Translations under genes and position numbers: made by a program
The notes under the pieces: model-generated
Database searches by the model: none
What the model saw: only the letters and a program-made list of their open reading frames with translations
Told to the model about the DNA's origin: nothing
Source of the DNA: Eledone cirrhosa
Taxonomy: Eukaryota
DNA: 64,000 nt
Assembly: GCA_964016885.1 (NCBI GenBank)
Contig: OZ024745.1
Coordinates: forward strand, 121,954,001-122,018,000
Direction of reading: 5' to 3'
Shown here: one piece after another, positions 13,133 through 25,516 of the stretch
Layout of the letters: each line of letters starts with the position of its first letter
How positions within the stretch are numbered: position 1 is the stretch's first letter

Positions 13133-13449
13133 CCCCCCTCCACTTCCACTAAGCATGGACTTAATATAACTGTGTACAATTGCCTCCTGTGTTTTGTTTG
13201 TTCATTTTCAACTATATATTCAATATATACAATTTTCAGGGCGAAACAGATTAAATCTCTAATCTGTCCAGGAGATTAATAGTTATTGAAACGGTTAGTA
13301 CTTTTTATCTTGCATTTTCTGTTTGTTTCACAGTTTATATTCATCAAACCTACGTGGTCTTTCTGCCCTAGTAATTTTAAATACAATTTACTGTGTTTAT
13401 TTGTACACACACACATATATATATATATATAATAAACATAAGATAATTA

Positions 13450-13522
13450 TTCCATTTACCAAAGGTTTCACGAAGACGGACAAGCCTGACACAGATGTCT
13501 GAAATCGCTTGTCAGAAGGGAA
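13450..13522 (-). ncRNA. Hammerhead ribozyme motif, left arm of a palindrome
   Basis: ttccctt-CTGACAA-gcga..tcgt-GAAA-cc-ttt-g-GTA-aatggaa. Confidence 0.65.
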
Positions 13523-13536
13523 ATTTATGAATAAAT

Positions 13537-13607
13537 TTTCATTCTGACAAGCGATTTCAGACGTCTGTCAGGCTTGTCTGTCTCTGTGAAACCTTTGGTA
13601 AATGGAA
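13537..13607 (+). ncRNA. Hammerhead ribozyme motif, right arm of a palindrome
   Basis: tttcatt-CTGACAA-gcg..tgt-GAAA-cc-ttt-g-GTA-aatggaa. Confidence 0.65.
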
Positions 13608-13693
13608 TAATTATTTTGTTGTTTATTACATAACTAAAAAGCTCTGTAGTCTACATAGAGCACTCTCCTTTCCTTTACCTTTCCTACGGAAAC

Positions 13694-13751
<58 letters not shown>

Positions 13752-13754
<3 letters not shown>

Positions 13755-14075
13755 AGGCACATGGCTTAGTGATTAGAGCATTGGCCTTGGTTATGAGTTC
13801 AATTCTCAGACCGGGTGATGTGTTGTTTCCTTGAGCAAGACACTTTATTTCACATTGCTCCAGTTTACTTAGCTGTAGAAATGAGATGATAGGGATTGGG
13901 GTCCATATCATTCCACTGCAAAGTGGTCGTGGAGGTGCCACACCAAAAAAGCACCCAGCACTCACTGTAAATGAGGTTGGTGTTAGGAAGGGCATCCAGC
14001 TGTAGAAATCAAGCCAGAATCAGTTCCCGTCCCACCCTTGCAAGCAGGGAAAAAGCGGCCGTAAAATGAAATGAT
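13752..14075 (+). mobile_element. tRNA-derived CORE-type SINE with a (GAT)n-type tail module
   Basis: A-box TGGCTTAGTGA, B-box GAGTTCAATTC, CORE-like CCTTGAGCAAGACACTT..CTCCAG..AGCTGTAGAAATG; very similar to 18165-18432. Confidence 0.85.
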
Positions 14076-14457
14076 ATATATATACCACTTTCCCATGCCA
14101 CTGACCCTTTTGTCTTGGGAATAGGGCGGGAGGAGGAAGCTTAGGGAAAATGTGGACAGGATAGTAGGGGAGGTATACATACACACATACACACAGGTAA
14201 TATATAATGGTTTTAGATGAGTAGATAATGCGTATAACAATAGTAATAATAATATTCTAGGCAATAACTTAACAGTAATGAAGTTAATACTACTAACTCT
14301 TTGACGTACCAGGGTAATATATCAAGTAAACCTCTTAATACTAATAATCTGGTAACCAATTGTAATTATAGGGTCCCTGAATCTTGACCCCTTAGAGGAT
14401 GTTGTCTTAGAAGTAATGTAGTATATAAGTGTGAGGTTTTAACTTGTAATAAATCCT

Positions 14458-14686
14458 TTAACCCTTTAGCATTTAAACCGGCCGTATCCGGCCAGAATTA
14501 GCTCACAGCTTTCTGTTCAAACCGGCCATAACTGGCCACTCATACTGATGTTGAGGTATTGTTCTGAAAATAAATAAATATCAAAATCTCGTAGATTTGA
14601 TTTTATGTGAGATATTATGTGAGATAAAGCCTTTACCGTGACAATACAATAGTAAATATAGAGTAATGTAAATACTAAAGGGTTAA
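14458..14686 (+). mobile_element. piggyBac-type MITE, family A, with demonstrable TTAA TSD
   Basis: Removing the element and one TTAA restores the reading frame TCC TTT AAT TAC ATA GGG (SFNYIG). Confidence 0.95.
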
Positions 14687-14699
14687 TTACATAGGGGTA

Positions 14700-14965
14700 C
14701 CATTTTGCTTTTACTATATTTACAACAATATATTTTTATACATTTTTGTTACTATATTTCTTCTGCTTATGATTTTAAAATAATTTTGGAAATAATAACA
14801 AAAATTGGTGGTGGGGTGGGGAGGGAGATTTAGTCATATAACTTTATTAAGTTTGTGTTTGAAGCACAACTTAATAAAGGTTCTTACATGGAGTTTATGA
14901 TGGGACATCTTTAGATAAATATAAACAGTTTGTATTGTAGAAACGGGGCATTTTGAGGTAGTTTC
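14700..14965 (-). mobile_element. MITE family B (diverged)
   Basis: Reverse similarity to 36036-36286. Confidence 0.55.
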
Positions 14966-15317
14966 ATATTGTTCTGATGTCACCATATAAGTATATGAAA
15001 GCTGATATAGGTAAAACTGGTGAATTGACCTGTGTCATTGTCTATGAAGACTTCTTTTAGTTTCAGTATTAGGGAAACTTAATCTTAAATAGGAGTAGGC
15101 GTGTTTAAACTTTATCTTGAAACACCTAAGGGATCGTGCGATAGGTTTTATTTCCTTGTTAAAGATTTCTATTGAATGTATAATGTTGTGCGTGTGTGTA
15201 GATGCAGCAGTGAATGTGTGTATGTGTGCAATGGGATGTGTGCAGTGGCGTGTGTGCAAGTGCAGTTGTGTGTGTGTACAGTGGCCTCAGTATATATGCA
15301 TAATTGTGTATGGATGT

Positions 15318-15534
15318 TTAACCCTTTACCATTTACATTACTCTATATTTACTATTGTATTTTCATAGAAAAGGCTTTATCTTACATAATATCGAATCTA
15401 TTGAGATTTTGATGTTATTTATTTTGAGAACAATACCTTAACATCAGTATAAGTAGCTAGTTACAACTGGTTTGAACAGAAGTAGGTGAAAGAATTCTGT
15501 CCAGATATAGCTGGTTTAAATTCTAAAGGGTTAA
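15318..15534 (-). mobile_element. piggyBac-type MITE, family A
   Basis: TTAA-CCCTTT ... AAAGGG-TTAA. Confidence 0.9.
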
Positions 15535-16180
15535 TTGTCTATGTATGTATAATGGTCTTTGTATGTGTGTATAAAATAGTTATGTTTTAGGTTGCCAGCC
15601 CAATTGTTATATTTATCAGTGGGAGTTATATTATATTTCACTTATTTAGTATGATGTACATACTCTGCATTCTTGTTACCTATAACTTAATAAAAACAGA
15701 CACCTGAAACTCGACCTTTCCTCTCGAACTGAAGTAACCTACCTACTTGGATTAACATAAAATATAACATGCAATTATTCCTGTCTTTGTAAATTAAAAT
15801 TCATCATGACTTATTGTAGGAGTTTCTGTTTTTAATGTCAATTGACAGATTGTTGTGTTTTTTAGGTGTACTAAATAATTACAATTCTTCCTTTCATGCC
15901 ACTTGTGGCTATGATAACCAGTTTAAAATAAATCTTTTATGTTCTACTAACTAGCTGTCCATCAAGTGAAATATATCTTCTGTTAAGTCTTCCTTCATGT
16001 TATCCCTATGTCCATGTCCCACAAGTTAAACATTTTGGTTTCTTTTTTTCTTTTGTAACATACAGCTTCTGCTTCTAACAAAGTAACTTTTATTCATGGT
16101 TTGTTGTATTGGCAGAACCATTAGAACATTGGATGACATACCATCTTGTGCTATTTCTTCTGACTCTTTATATTCTCTGT

Positions 16181-16385
16181 TTAACCCATTAGCATTTAAA
16201 CCGGCCATATCCGGCCAGAATTCTTTCACCTCTTTCTGTTTAAACCAGCCGTAACTGGCCACCCATACTGATGTTAAGGTATTGTTCTGAAAATAAATAA
16301 TATTAAAATTTCATAGATTCGATATTATGTGAGGTAAAGTCTTTGGCACAAAAATATAATAGTATATATAGAGTAATGTAAAAGG
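16181..16385 (+). mobile_element. MITE family A, followed by a SINE fragment to ~16520
   Basis: Left TIR and body present; right end truncated. Confidence 0.85.
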
Positions 16386-16659
16386 TCAAATCCAGCTGAG
16401 GTTAACTTTATTTTATGAACCTCAGAAAGATGAAAATCAAAGTATCAGTCGACTACTGGGGTTGATTTAATCAACTGTGCCCCTGCCCCCAAATTTTCTG
16501 GCCTTGTGCCTAAATAAAAAATTATCATTTGTGTGTGTGTGTGTACATGCACATACACCAACACATACACATGTACCTACATATACACACATTTACACAT
16601 AAACACTCACACGCATATAATATACCATATTTTGGGGAATATAAGACACACTGGAATAT

Positions 16660-17090
16660 TCCTTTAGCATTCACATTACTCTATATATACTATTGTATTT
16701 TCATGGTAAAGACTTTACCGCATATAATATCTCACATAATATCTCACATAATATCTCGCATAATATCTCACATAATATCTCACATAATATCTCACATAAT
16801 ATCTCACATAATATCTCACATAATATCTCACATAATATCTCACATAATATCTCACATAATATCTCACATAATATCTCACATAATCTCATATAATATCTCA
16901 CATAATATCTCACATAATATTGAATCTGAGATTTTGAAAGCATTTAGAATTTACATTACTCTATATTTACTATTATATTTTCATGGTAAACACTTTATCT
17001 CACATGAGAACAATACCTTAACATCAGTATGTGTAGCTGGTTTGAACAGAAAGAGGTGAGAGAATCCTGGCTGGATATGGTTAGGTTAAT
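16660..17090 (-). mobile_element. MITE family A with an internal 12-bp tandem expansion
   Basis: MITE body containing (CATAATATCTCA)n at ~16721-16920. Confidence 0.88.
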
Positions 17091-17114
17091 AAGATAGAGG
17101 ATAAAAAAAGCTTC

Positions 17115-17410
17115 TAAGTTTATACAGTTTGATATTGATGACTACTGTTTATCTATTTCACCCGTTCTTCTCAATAAGTCCCTCGCATTTGTCTTGTAGA
17201 ACTTTGACTGAACTAAAGACGAGGTTGACATAATAATAATAATAGCAGCTAGATGTTCAGTCATATTTGATAATGAGTACTGGAGACGTAGGGATAGAAC
17301 TAATAATTTTGATATTACTATGGGGTCTGGTGACACGGTCCAGGTCACGACTTAGTTGGAGTTTACCTAACCCGTAACCTACATAATGAATTTGTTGACC
17401 TTCATGGAGG
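17115..17410 (+). pseudogene. Naiad-type PLE RT fragment
   Basis: LSISPVLLNKSLAF..DEVDIIIIAARCSVIFDNEYWRRRDRTNNFDITMGSGDTVQV/DLVGVYL; parallels the start of ORF 58117-59052. Confidence 0.8.
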
Positions 17411-18074
17411 AATATATAGAGATGATGCAAAGAAATGTCACAGATCGACTAACGCACACGCACACACACACACACACACCTTTTACTCCCTTACCCTGAA
17501 ATCTACTTTCTTCACTACATATACACACTTGCACGCACACACACACACATCATATACATATTCACATGTATTTCACTACGCACACACACACACATATATC
17601 ATCCCCATATATCATCCCCATATTCACGTGTATTTCACTACGCACACAACTTTAAATTTTAATGTCTTTTTCATACATTTAAATTAAATCTGCCAGCCAA
17701 ACAACTCTTCTCCAATTCCTCTTTAAATACCTATATACGGATTCTCTCTCTTGAGAATGGATTTTAAATCTGAAAATATTTGAGGTCAATAAAATTACTA
17801 AGGTAAAATTCTACTGTTCTCTTTTCTCTCTTTTTATTCTCTATAACTCCTATTACCTTGGCATTTTAAATCTCACATGCATTGTAAGGCTTCCAAATAT
17901 TTAAACTTATCTAAATTTGTATTTCTTATTCCACAATGCTTTAAGCAAACTACAACACTATGTATGTATATGTAGGTATATGTAAGTGTATGTATATGTA
18001 GGTATATGTAAGTGTATGTATATAAATGTATATGTAAGTGTATGTGTGTATATATACATGTATATCTATGTATA

Positions 18075-18922
18075 TACAGGAATCCCCCACTATATCGCGG
18101 TTCACTTTTTGTGGTCCCGCTACATCGCAGATTTTTCGCTAGAACATATCTATTTTCTTATTGCGGTATTGTTGTGTTGTTTCCTTGAGCAAGACACTTT
18201 ATTTCACATTGCTCCAGTTTACTCAGCTGTAGAAAGGAGATGATAGGACTGGGGTCCCTATCATTCCACTGTAAAGTGGATGTGTAGGCGCCACGGAAAA
18301 AAAGCACCCAGCACTCACTGTAAATGAGGTTGGTGTTAGGAAGGGCATCCAGCTGTAGAAATCAAGCCAGAATCAGTTCCCTTCCCACCCTTGCAAGCAG
18401 GGAAAAGCAGACGTAAAATGATGATGATGATGGTATGTACATCTAAATAAAAAGTGTTTAAAACTTAAACATATTAAATAAGTTTTGATGCAATTGAAGT
18501 GTATAGTGTGAGGAAGAGGCATCTTAAGGCTTTGACTATAAACATTTTTTTTAATTTTCATTCCATTACTGTTTTACTGATTGTGTTTTTCTCTAATCTA
18601 CTACAAACCATTCATAGATTGATGGGAGATGTGCAGTGTATTACCAATCGGCTACTGTGGCTGGCAATGGTCCTCAATGGTAACTGGTGGTACGATGGCT
18701 GGTGATAGTTTCTATATGATCGTTTCTGGCTGTTTTTGGTGTTTAAATACAAAAGGGTGTTTTAATGTGTTTATATGTACTTAAAGGATGTAGGAGATGT
18801 ATTTCAAGGGCTTAAACTATGAAAACAATGGTTGTCTTTATGATCTCAATATATCACAGATTTTCATTTATCGCGGTTGGTTCTGGAACATATTCCCCAT
18901 GATAAACGGGGGACTACTGTTA
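18075..18922. mobile_element. Tigger/pogo-like non-autonomous DNA element with a nested SINE (18165-18432)
   Basis: TA-CAGGAATCCCCCACTATATCGCGG ... CCATGATAAACGGGGGACTACTG-T imperfect TIRs. Confidence 0.7.
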
Positions 18923-19601
18923 TACATGTATATATGTGTATATGTATATATATAAATAAATATAGGTATTTATTTATATATAAATATATTCTACTACTGT
19001 AGAATTCCCGTCAGCAGTAACTGCAAGGGAGCAAGCAATCTCTCAATCACTATTCTTTGTCTTTAAGGCAACAATTACAGTGTGTCTTTTCATTTCCTGA
19101 GTTAGCTTGATGCCTGTCATCTTTTATCTGAAAAGAAATGATACTCAGAACAAGTTAGAAAAAAGTTAGAGCTACTAAAAGATGTGTCCTCGAAGAACTG
19201 AGCAACTATGTGTGTGTGTGTGTGTGGGGGGGGGGTAATGACTTGTTAGTATTCTAAACAATTGAATTTTATAATTTTACAATTTTGCTTTGTAGATCTA
19301 ATAATTCCTTTAACTTTGGTGGAAAGTTTTTCTTAAGAATTCTGGAGAATTTTCTGGAGAATTTTCTTGCATTTCTTGGTGGCGATTGTCAAACTGATCT
19401 AAGGTTGCAATGTGTTGCTGTATAAGGGATTTGGGTGTGTCTGGGGAAGTATTAATGAGAATAAAATCAAAGAAGTGTTAGATCTGCATAGCAAAATTTT
19501 AAAATAATAAAATTAAATTGTTTAGAATACCAACTACAAGTGAAGTCATTCTTTTCCTTTTTACAAATATACCTAACTGTACCAACAAGGATTTCACACA
19601 T

Positions 19602-19640
<39 letters not shown>

Positions 19641-19642
19641 AC

Positions 19643-19985
19643 ATCATCATCATCATCATTGATTAACGTCTATCTTCCACGCTAGCATAGGTTTGACAGA
19701 GTTTGTCCCCTTTAGAAGCAAGTTGGGTCAGGTGACTTTGTCTTGCTCATACAGGAGTGTTTCTGGCTTGTTTTCTACAGCTGCGTGCCTTTCCTACCGC
19801 CAACCACATTTGCAGTGTGGACTGGACACTTTTTGTCATGACACCATCGCAACCACTTTACAGTATGGGCTGGGCACCTTTGTCATGTCACTGACACGAC
19901 CACTTTACAGTGGGGCCCTGGGCACTTGGGGCTAGGGAGGGGGGAGGAAGCTTGGGGAAAATGTGGACAGGGTAGTAGGGGAGAC
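19643..19985 (-). mobile_element. (GAT)n-tailed SINE-like repeat, family 3
   Basis: CATCATCAT..TTAACGTCTATCTTCCACGCTAGCAT; related copies at 31399-31860, 48840-49208 and 53905-54170. Confidence 0.8.
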
Positions 19986-19990
19986 ACACA

Positions 19991-20066
<76 letters not shown>

Positions 20067-20744
20067 CACACACCTTGACTAATAGTAATTTGCTATGGAT
20101 TCATTGAATTAGCATAATTTTTTTTAAATGGTTTAAATCATTTTATATATGCATACAACAATATGCACATGCAATCCATATACATATGTATGCAATCCAT
20201 ATACATATGCACAAACTCATACATTTCTGTTTGCATTAATAATATGGTAGTAACTTCGTTTTTTCAGCTTTAGTGGACATCTTGAACCACATCATGATTG
20301 CTGCTATGGCTTACATTATAGATATTGTAGAATGAATGAGGAATCAGAGCTCTTGGAGTTTTGTCATGGGAACAACCCAACTATTAGCATCCCTGGTAGT
20401 CCCCTTATCCCCTACCATTAAGCAGGGAAGACTTCATACATTCCAAGGAACTGGATGGGCAACTGGTTGTGAATACTCAGTCCTTCCTCAGTAACAATTG
20501 TACCACTCAACTTTGACTAGTGATCAACAACCTCAAGATAAAAGCTAAGTGGTCTGGGACTCAAGACAATCTGAAGAAGGAAGGTTTTGGAATTTAAAAG
20601 ATCCCTTGGTCAAATGGAAGTTCAAAGATGTGCTAGCTAGTTGATGGCTTCTGTTTCTTAGGTGATCTAATTATCAGTGGAGGTGGTGGTTCTGAGTAAG
20701 AGAAGGGTGGATGAAGTTCTGTAAGTTATTATTTCTGGTGGTGC

Positions 20745-20965
20745 ATAATGTATGTGGAAGATTTGTGAAGGTTTGAAAAAAATGTGAGTATGTTCCACTG
20801 GATGTATAATGTTAGTGTGCATCAGCAGTGGAACACAGATAAGCTGAAAGGAAAACTGGGTGTAAGAGGAATGAAATATACTGTGCAAAAGAGAATACTG
20901 TGTTGGTATAGACAAGTGGTGTATATGAAAGATGATATATGACAAATGAATTGTTAAGTGAATCA
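20745..20965 (+). mobile_element. Old RTE LINE C-terminal fragment (different family)
   Basis: SMFHWMYNVSVHQQWNTDKLKGKLGVRGMKYTVQKRILCWYRQVVYMKDD. Confidence 0.65.
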
Positions 20966-21152
20966 TATAGGTGTGATTATTATATGCTGTAAAACATGAA
21001 TTGATGTCATCAGCCACATGATGACTGTCATGGTTAGTGATCTATAAAACAATTAACATGGTATATAACTGCCCATACAAATTAGTCTGGTTTTATTAGT
21101 TTCGGATGGAATATCTACATATGTTGTTTTTTAAAATCCTTTATTTTATATA

Positions 21153-22071
21153 TCTATAAATATCTGTATATATATAAAATTAAGTGTGTGTCTGTGTATT
21201 ACCTACATCTTATGACCGATTTTCACGAAGCTTTACAGGCTCATATATTAGTCATTGGGAGTGTTTTCTATATATCAGCGTATCGGTTTTTTATTCCGGG
21301 GTCATTCTGCAAATAAAAATCGATGTGGGGGTTCACCTTTTTTTAGGTATTGAAAAATAAGATTTTTGGCTCTAGCTCCAACATTTTACCACCGATTTCG
21401 TTCAAAATTTAAACAAAATAGAATTTATCATTGCACATCTTGTAATGGCTTTATATTTTGCATTTGTTGTTCAGGGATGGCATGGCAGCTGCTTAAATAT
21501 TCAAAAATACCACTTTTAGACTCAAATTTCCACTTTTTCGACTCTAGCTCCCACATTAATCAACCTACTTTGTTCAAATTTTACTCTACGCTAGATCTGA
21601 TTATTTCACGTCTTAAAGTGGCTTAACATTTTGGATTTTTTGTTCAGGAACGGCGTGGCAGCTGCTTAAATATTCAAAAATACCACCTTTTCGCTCAAAT
21701 TTCCGCCTTTTCGGCTCTAGCTCCCACAGTTTTCAACCGATTTCATTCAAATTCGAAACATTGGCTCCACCTCACACATAAATCAATTTATTTGGTTCAA
21801 CTTTTATACTATGATAGAACCTATCATTGCACATCTTATAGTAGCTTTACACTTTGCATTTTTTGTTCAGGGACGGCGTGGCAGCCGTTTAACTCTTCAA
21901 AATACGATTTTTGTCACCTCCCACATATTCCATACGATTTCACTCAACATTTCGCTATTTGCTACGCTTTACGACCGATTTTCAAGAAACTAGCAGTCGC
22001 TAAGATCAACACCTTTTCATTAAAGCAGATATTATTTTACCTACCCAGGCAACGCTGGGTACTGCTGCTAG
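21153..22071 (+). mobile_element. Non-autonomous Helitron with internal ~180-bp subrepeats
   Basis: 5' TC, 3' hairpin CCCAGGCAACGCTGGG, then CTAG; inserted between A and T. Confidence 0.8.
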
Positions 22072-22977
22072 TATAAAATAAAGGATTTGTGAATGCTAAG
22101 AGTTGAGCTGTTAGTATCCTATTACCACCTCTGTATAACAATGCACATCTCGATCACCGAGTCTCTACCGAGCTCTATGTCTGCATGTAGGTTAATTGAC
22201 CACTGTAAATAATGGTAGTACTGTGGAATTGATCAGTATTGTGTTGGCTTGCAGTGATGAATTCAGTTCCTCCAGCAAGAGAAGCTACCAATATTCTAAC
22301 TAGGAGGAAATGTTTGTCTCATCTGGATACTCTGAAAACCAAAGATAATCCTTGGACTTATGGATTCTTTTGATTTGGTATTAAAAAAAAAAAATGTATA
22401 ATCATGTAAAGTTTCTTGAGCTTAGATTGTTTATTGGTTAGGAACATCAAGGTGGGTGAATCAAATTAGAATCAAGGGCTTGCAGATAAATATTATGGCC
22501 TGTAGAAGCATCTCAGAATAGACAGCTAATTTGACTTATCACTGCTTTGTCATTATTTGACTTCCTCCAATTTAACAAGTTATGTTTATGCTTTACATTT
22601 TCTTGTGCACTTGGAATATGTTATATATTCTATGTGCCAATAGATTTACATTAAAGTAATTAAAGTAAGTTGCAATGACCAAATATAATGTATAGAATAA
22701 TGCCAATTATGAGATTTCAACTATAAACTGTAATATATAGGGGGGTGGGGTGGGGTGGAAAGAAACACCCTATTAGAAGTTAATAACTTTATTAATTGTT
22801 GTAGGGACAAAAACCTTGAACACCACTGTGTAACTAAAAATAGACTAGGCAAAATGTCTATAAATAATAACTGAAGTGAACTGTCAGGAGAGTGTCTCTA
22901 TGTAATATCTCGTTGGTAGTTTCGAATTGCACCTGATGAATACTTTGGTTTTACCCTCGATCATACACATATATTAA

Positions 22978-23460
22978 ACAGGTGTGTCACACTATTATAA
23001 CATATGTTATTGGTCGATTTTCATAAAACGTTTTATTTTGAATAATTTAATGGTAGAAGTACAGTGCAGTCTTAAAATTCTACATAGGCACTGGTGTTGT
23101 CCACCAGTGTTTGTAATCATCTGGGTATAGTTTTGATTGAATTCATCAAGAACTGAGGCGGTATGTTGGTCTGTAGATGACAAATATATTCCTCCAATTG
23201 AGTCAGTTTTTTGTTTTGAGCTATAAACTTCTTCCTCCACCTACCCCCCCACAGGAAAAATCACATGGCGTTAAGTCAAGGCTTTTTGCTGGTCATTCAT
23301 ATGGACCTCGATGACCCATCTAAGATCCTGGAAGTTGGTCATCAACCCACTCATGGATAGTGTGTGCAAAATGACGAGGGTCCTCATCTTGCATGAATAT
23401 GAGATCATTGATGTTGTCCCCAGTTTCCATAGCAGGCCAAAAGTTATAAGTAATTTTCAG
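22978..23460 (-). pseudogene. Tc1/mariner transposase C-terminal fossil
   Basis: MQDEDPRHFAHTIHEWVDDQLPGS*MGHRGPYE*PAKSLDLTPCDFFLWG..VEEEVY resembles the QDGAPxH..WPxRSPDLTPCDFFLWG motif. Confidence 0.85.
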
Positions 23461-24164
23461 TAGGGAGTTTCTTTCCATTCACCTCGAGATTATAATACAA
23501 AAAGTTGTTTGTGTGATATATTTCTTCTCAATTTATTTGTTGGCTTTTTTTTTAATGGCATTTCATTAAAGTTAACTTTCATCTGTTCACTGATATAGTA
23601 CCTCATGTCTTATAGTTCACTAGTACTTAAGGAGATACTGCTAACTTGTTTATGCTGACTTTTTACATGCTGTAATGAATCTTGAACAGTTTCAACATTA
23701 TCTTTTATCAGAAAAAGGTTAAGTGTTGGCTAATTTTCCTATTATAAAAGAGGTTATTATCTGTGTTTTTATGTATAAAATGTGTGACTGTAAGCATGCA
23801 AAATACACTCAACATACACACTACTGACAGTAACAAATCTTTCTTTATAGTAAGATTTTGCAGTAATGTTATACTTCATTCAAACAAAAGGTTTAATTTG
23901 TTTAACTAATTCTCAAGTAATCAACTTTGAAAGAAAACATGTACAAACTATAAAGAATAAAGAATCAGGTGATACTAATGTCAGCTATTTAGTATTATCT
24001 TCGAATTTATGTGGGGGTATTCTCTCTATAGGATTACATTTTATTTTCCCTTTGTTCCTTTTAGCAAATTTGGTAAAAACTTGTATTTCTATTTTTTTTC
24101 CAATTATTGACTCACTGTGAATGGTAATACTTGCCACTTGGTCCCATTCTTTATCATGTGTATA

Positions 24165-24455
24165 AGGGTTGCAGTTTTGTGATGTCTAGCCCTCCTCGCC
24201 AGATCAAGGGTTGCAGTTTTGTGATGTCTAGCCCTTCTCGTCAGATCAAGGGTTGCAGTTTTGTGATGTCTAGCCCTCTCCCCAAATCAAGGGTTGCAGT
24301 TTTGTGATGTCTAGCCCTTCTCGTCAGATCAGGGGTTGCAGTTTTGTGATGTCTAGCCCTTCTCGTCAGATCAAGGGTTGCAGTTTTGTGATGTCTAGTC
24401 CTTGTTGTAAGATCAAGGGTTGCAGTTTTGTGATGTCTAGTTCTTGTTGTCTAGT
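24165..24455. repeat. 42-bp tandem repeat, ~7 copies
   Basis: Unit AAGGGTTGCAGTTTTGTGATGTCTAGCCCTTCTCGTCAGATC. Confidence 0.92.
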
Positions 24456-25294
24456 TCTTTCATCTTTTCGGGGTTGATAAAATAAACTACTCATGGTGGA
24501 GTGGAATTATTAGTGTTTGAGGATATACCTTGAGATATTTGTTCCAGTTGTTTGTGGTCTGACTTAAAATCCTGCTGTGACCTATTTGGGTAGAAAACTT
24601 AATCCATTACCTGGTTTGATATCAGCATCTGGTCTTTAGTAGTCTCCTTTGTTGCAATGATTCAAACCTAGCCACTGGTTTGAGAATAGTTTCCTCTTTC
24701 CTTCTCATTAGTCTTGGAGGTTGTGAAAAGGGTAATGGACACTGCTCTTTCCTCGTTGATTAAACAGTTAAAAAGAAAAAGTATTTGTAATTGTTACACT
24801 TTGGGAGGATCATGCTGCCAATAAAAACACACACACCTGTTGGATTTCACTTCAATTTATTATAAATTTCTGGTTGGTTGGTTGACTAACTGGATGGTTG
24901 TTTATATATTATCAAAGCTTTTTCGTCGCACATTCTGTAACCTCTCCAGTGACTGATTTCTTATTTTGTGTGTCTCCTTTGTTCTGTCCTACACCATTTT
25001 GTTTCAACACAGGTTTTCAGATAAGGAATCTTGCCAAACAATCTTGCCAAACAAATTCAAAAACTAAATATTTGTAATATTTCAGTTAAAACTTAGATTA
25101 GTTTGAAGAAGCCTCCGAATAAGGATAGTCTGATAATAGTTTAAACTAAGTTGGAGATAAACTATTAGCAATATGAACTTATGCGGTAGGTGGTGATATG
25201 AGTAGGTTGTTAAAATACATTTAAAAAATACTTTGTGGAGAATTGTTTAGTGGGAGTGTTGACAAAACACCAACAAAAGATGTGGAGGATATAT

Positions 25295-25516
25295 TTAACC
25301 CTTTAGCATTTACATTACTCTATATATACTATTGTGTTTTTGTGGTAAAAGTTTTATCTCATAATTATTTCACATAATATCAAATCTGAGATTTTAATAT
25401 GTATTTTGAGAATAATACCTTAACATCAGTATGAGTGGCCAGTTACAGCCAGTTTGAACAGAAAAAGGTGAGAGAATTCTGGCCGGATTTGGCCGGTTTG
25501 AATTCTAAAGGGTTAA
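25295..25516 (-). mobile_element. piggyBac-type MITE, family A
   Basis: Both TIRs and TTAA flanks present. Confidence 0.9.

Larger units (their letters stand above)
14270..15170 (+). pseudogene. Naiad-type PLE GIY-YIG endonuclease fragment split by two MITEs
   Basis: TNCNYRVPES*PLRGCCLRSNVVYKCEVLTCNKSF[MITE]NYIG; downstream ..DLC..YEDFF..ILNR..S-x-KH; aligns with the domain at 57351-57780. Confidence 0.8.

Noticed and set aside
14270-17410. GIY-YIG upstream of RT as a domain-permuted PLE
   Set aside because: The pieces are 2 kb apart with unrelated repeats between them; the more complete copy at 57-59 kb has the endonuclease C-terminal
17740-17790. Hammerhead downstream of the RT fragment
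   Set aside because: Core too degenerate (TTGAGAA) to support, although stem II and GAAA are suggestive
22253-22335. C/D-box snoRNA (GTGATGA...CTGA)
   Set aside because: No terminal stem and no rRNA complementarity that I can recognise
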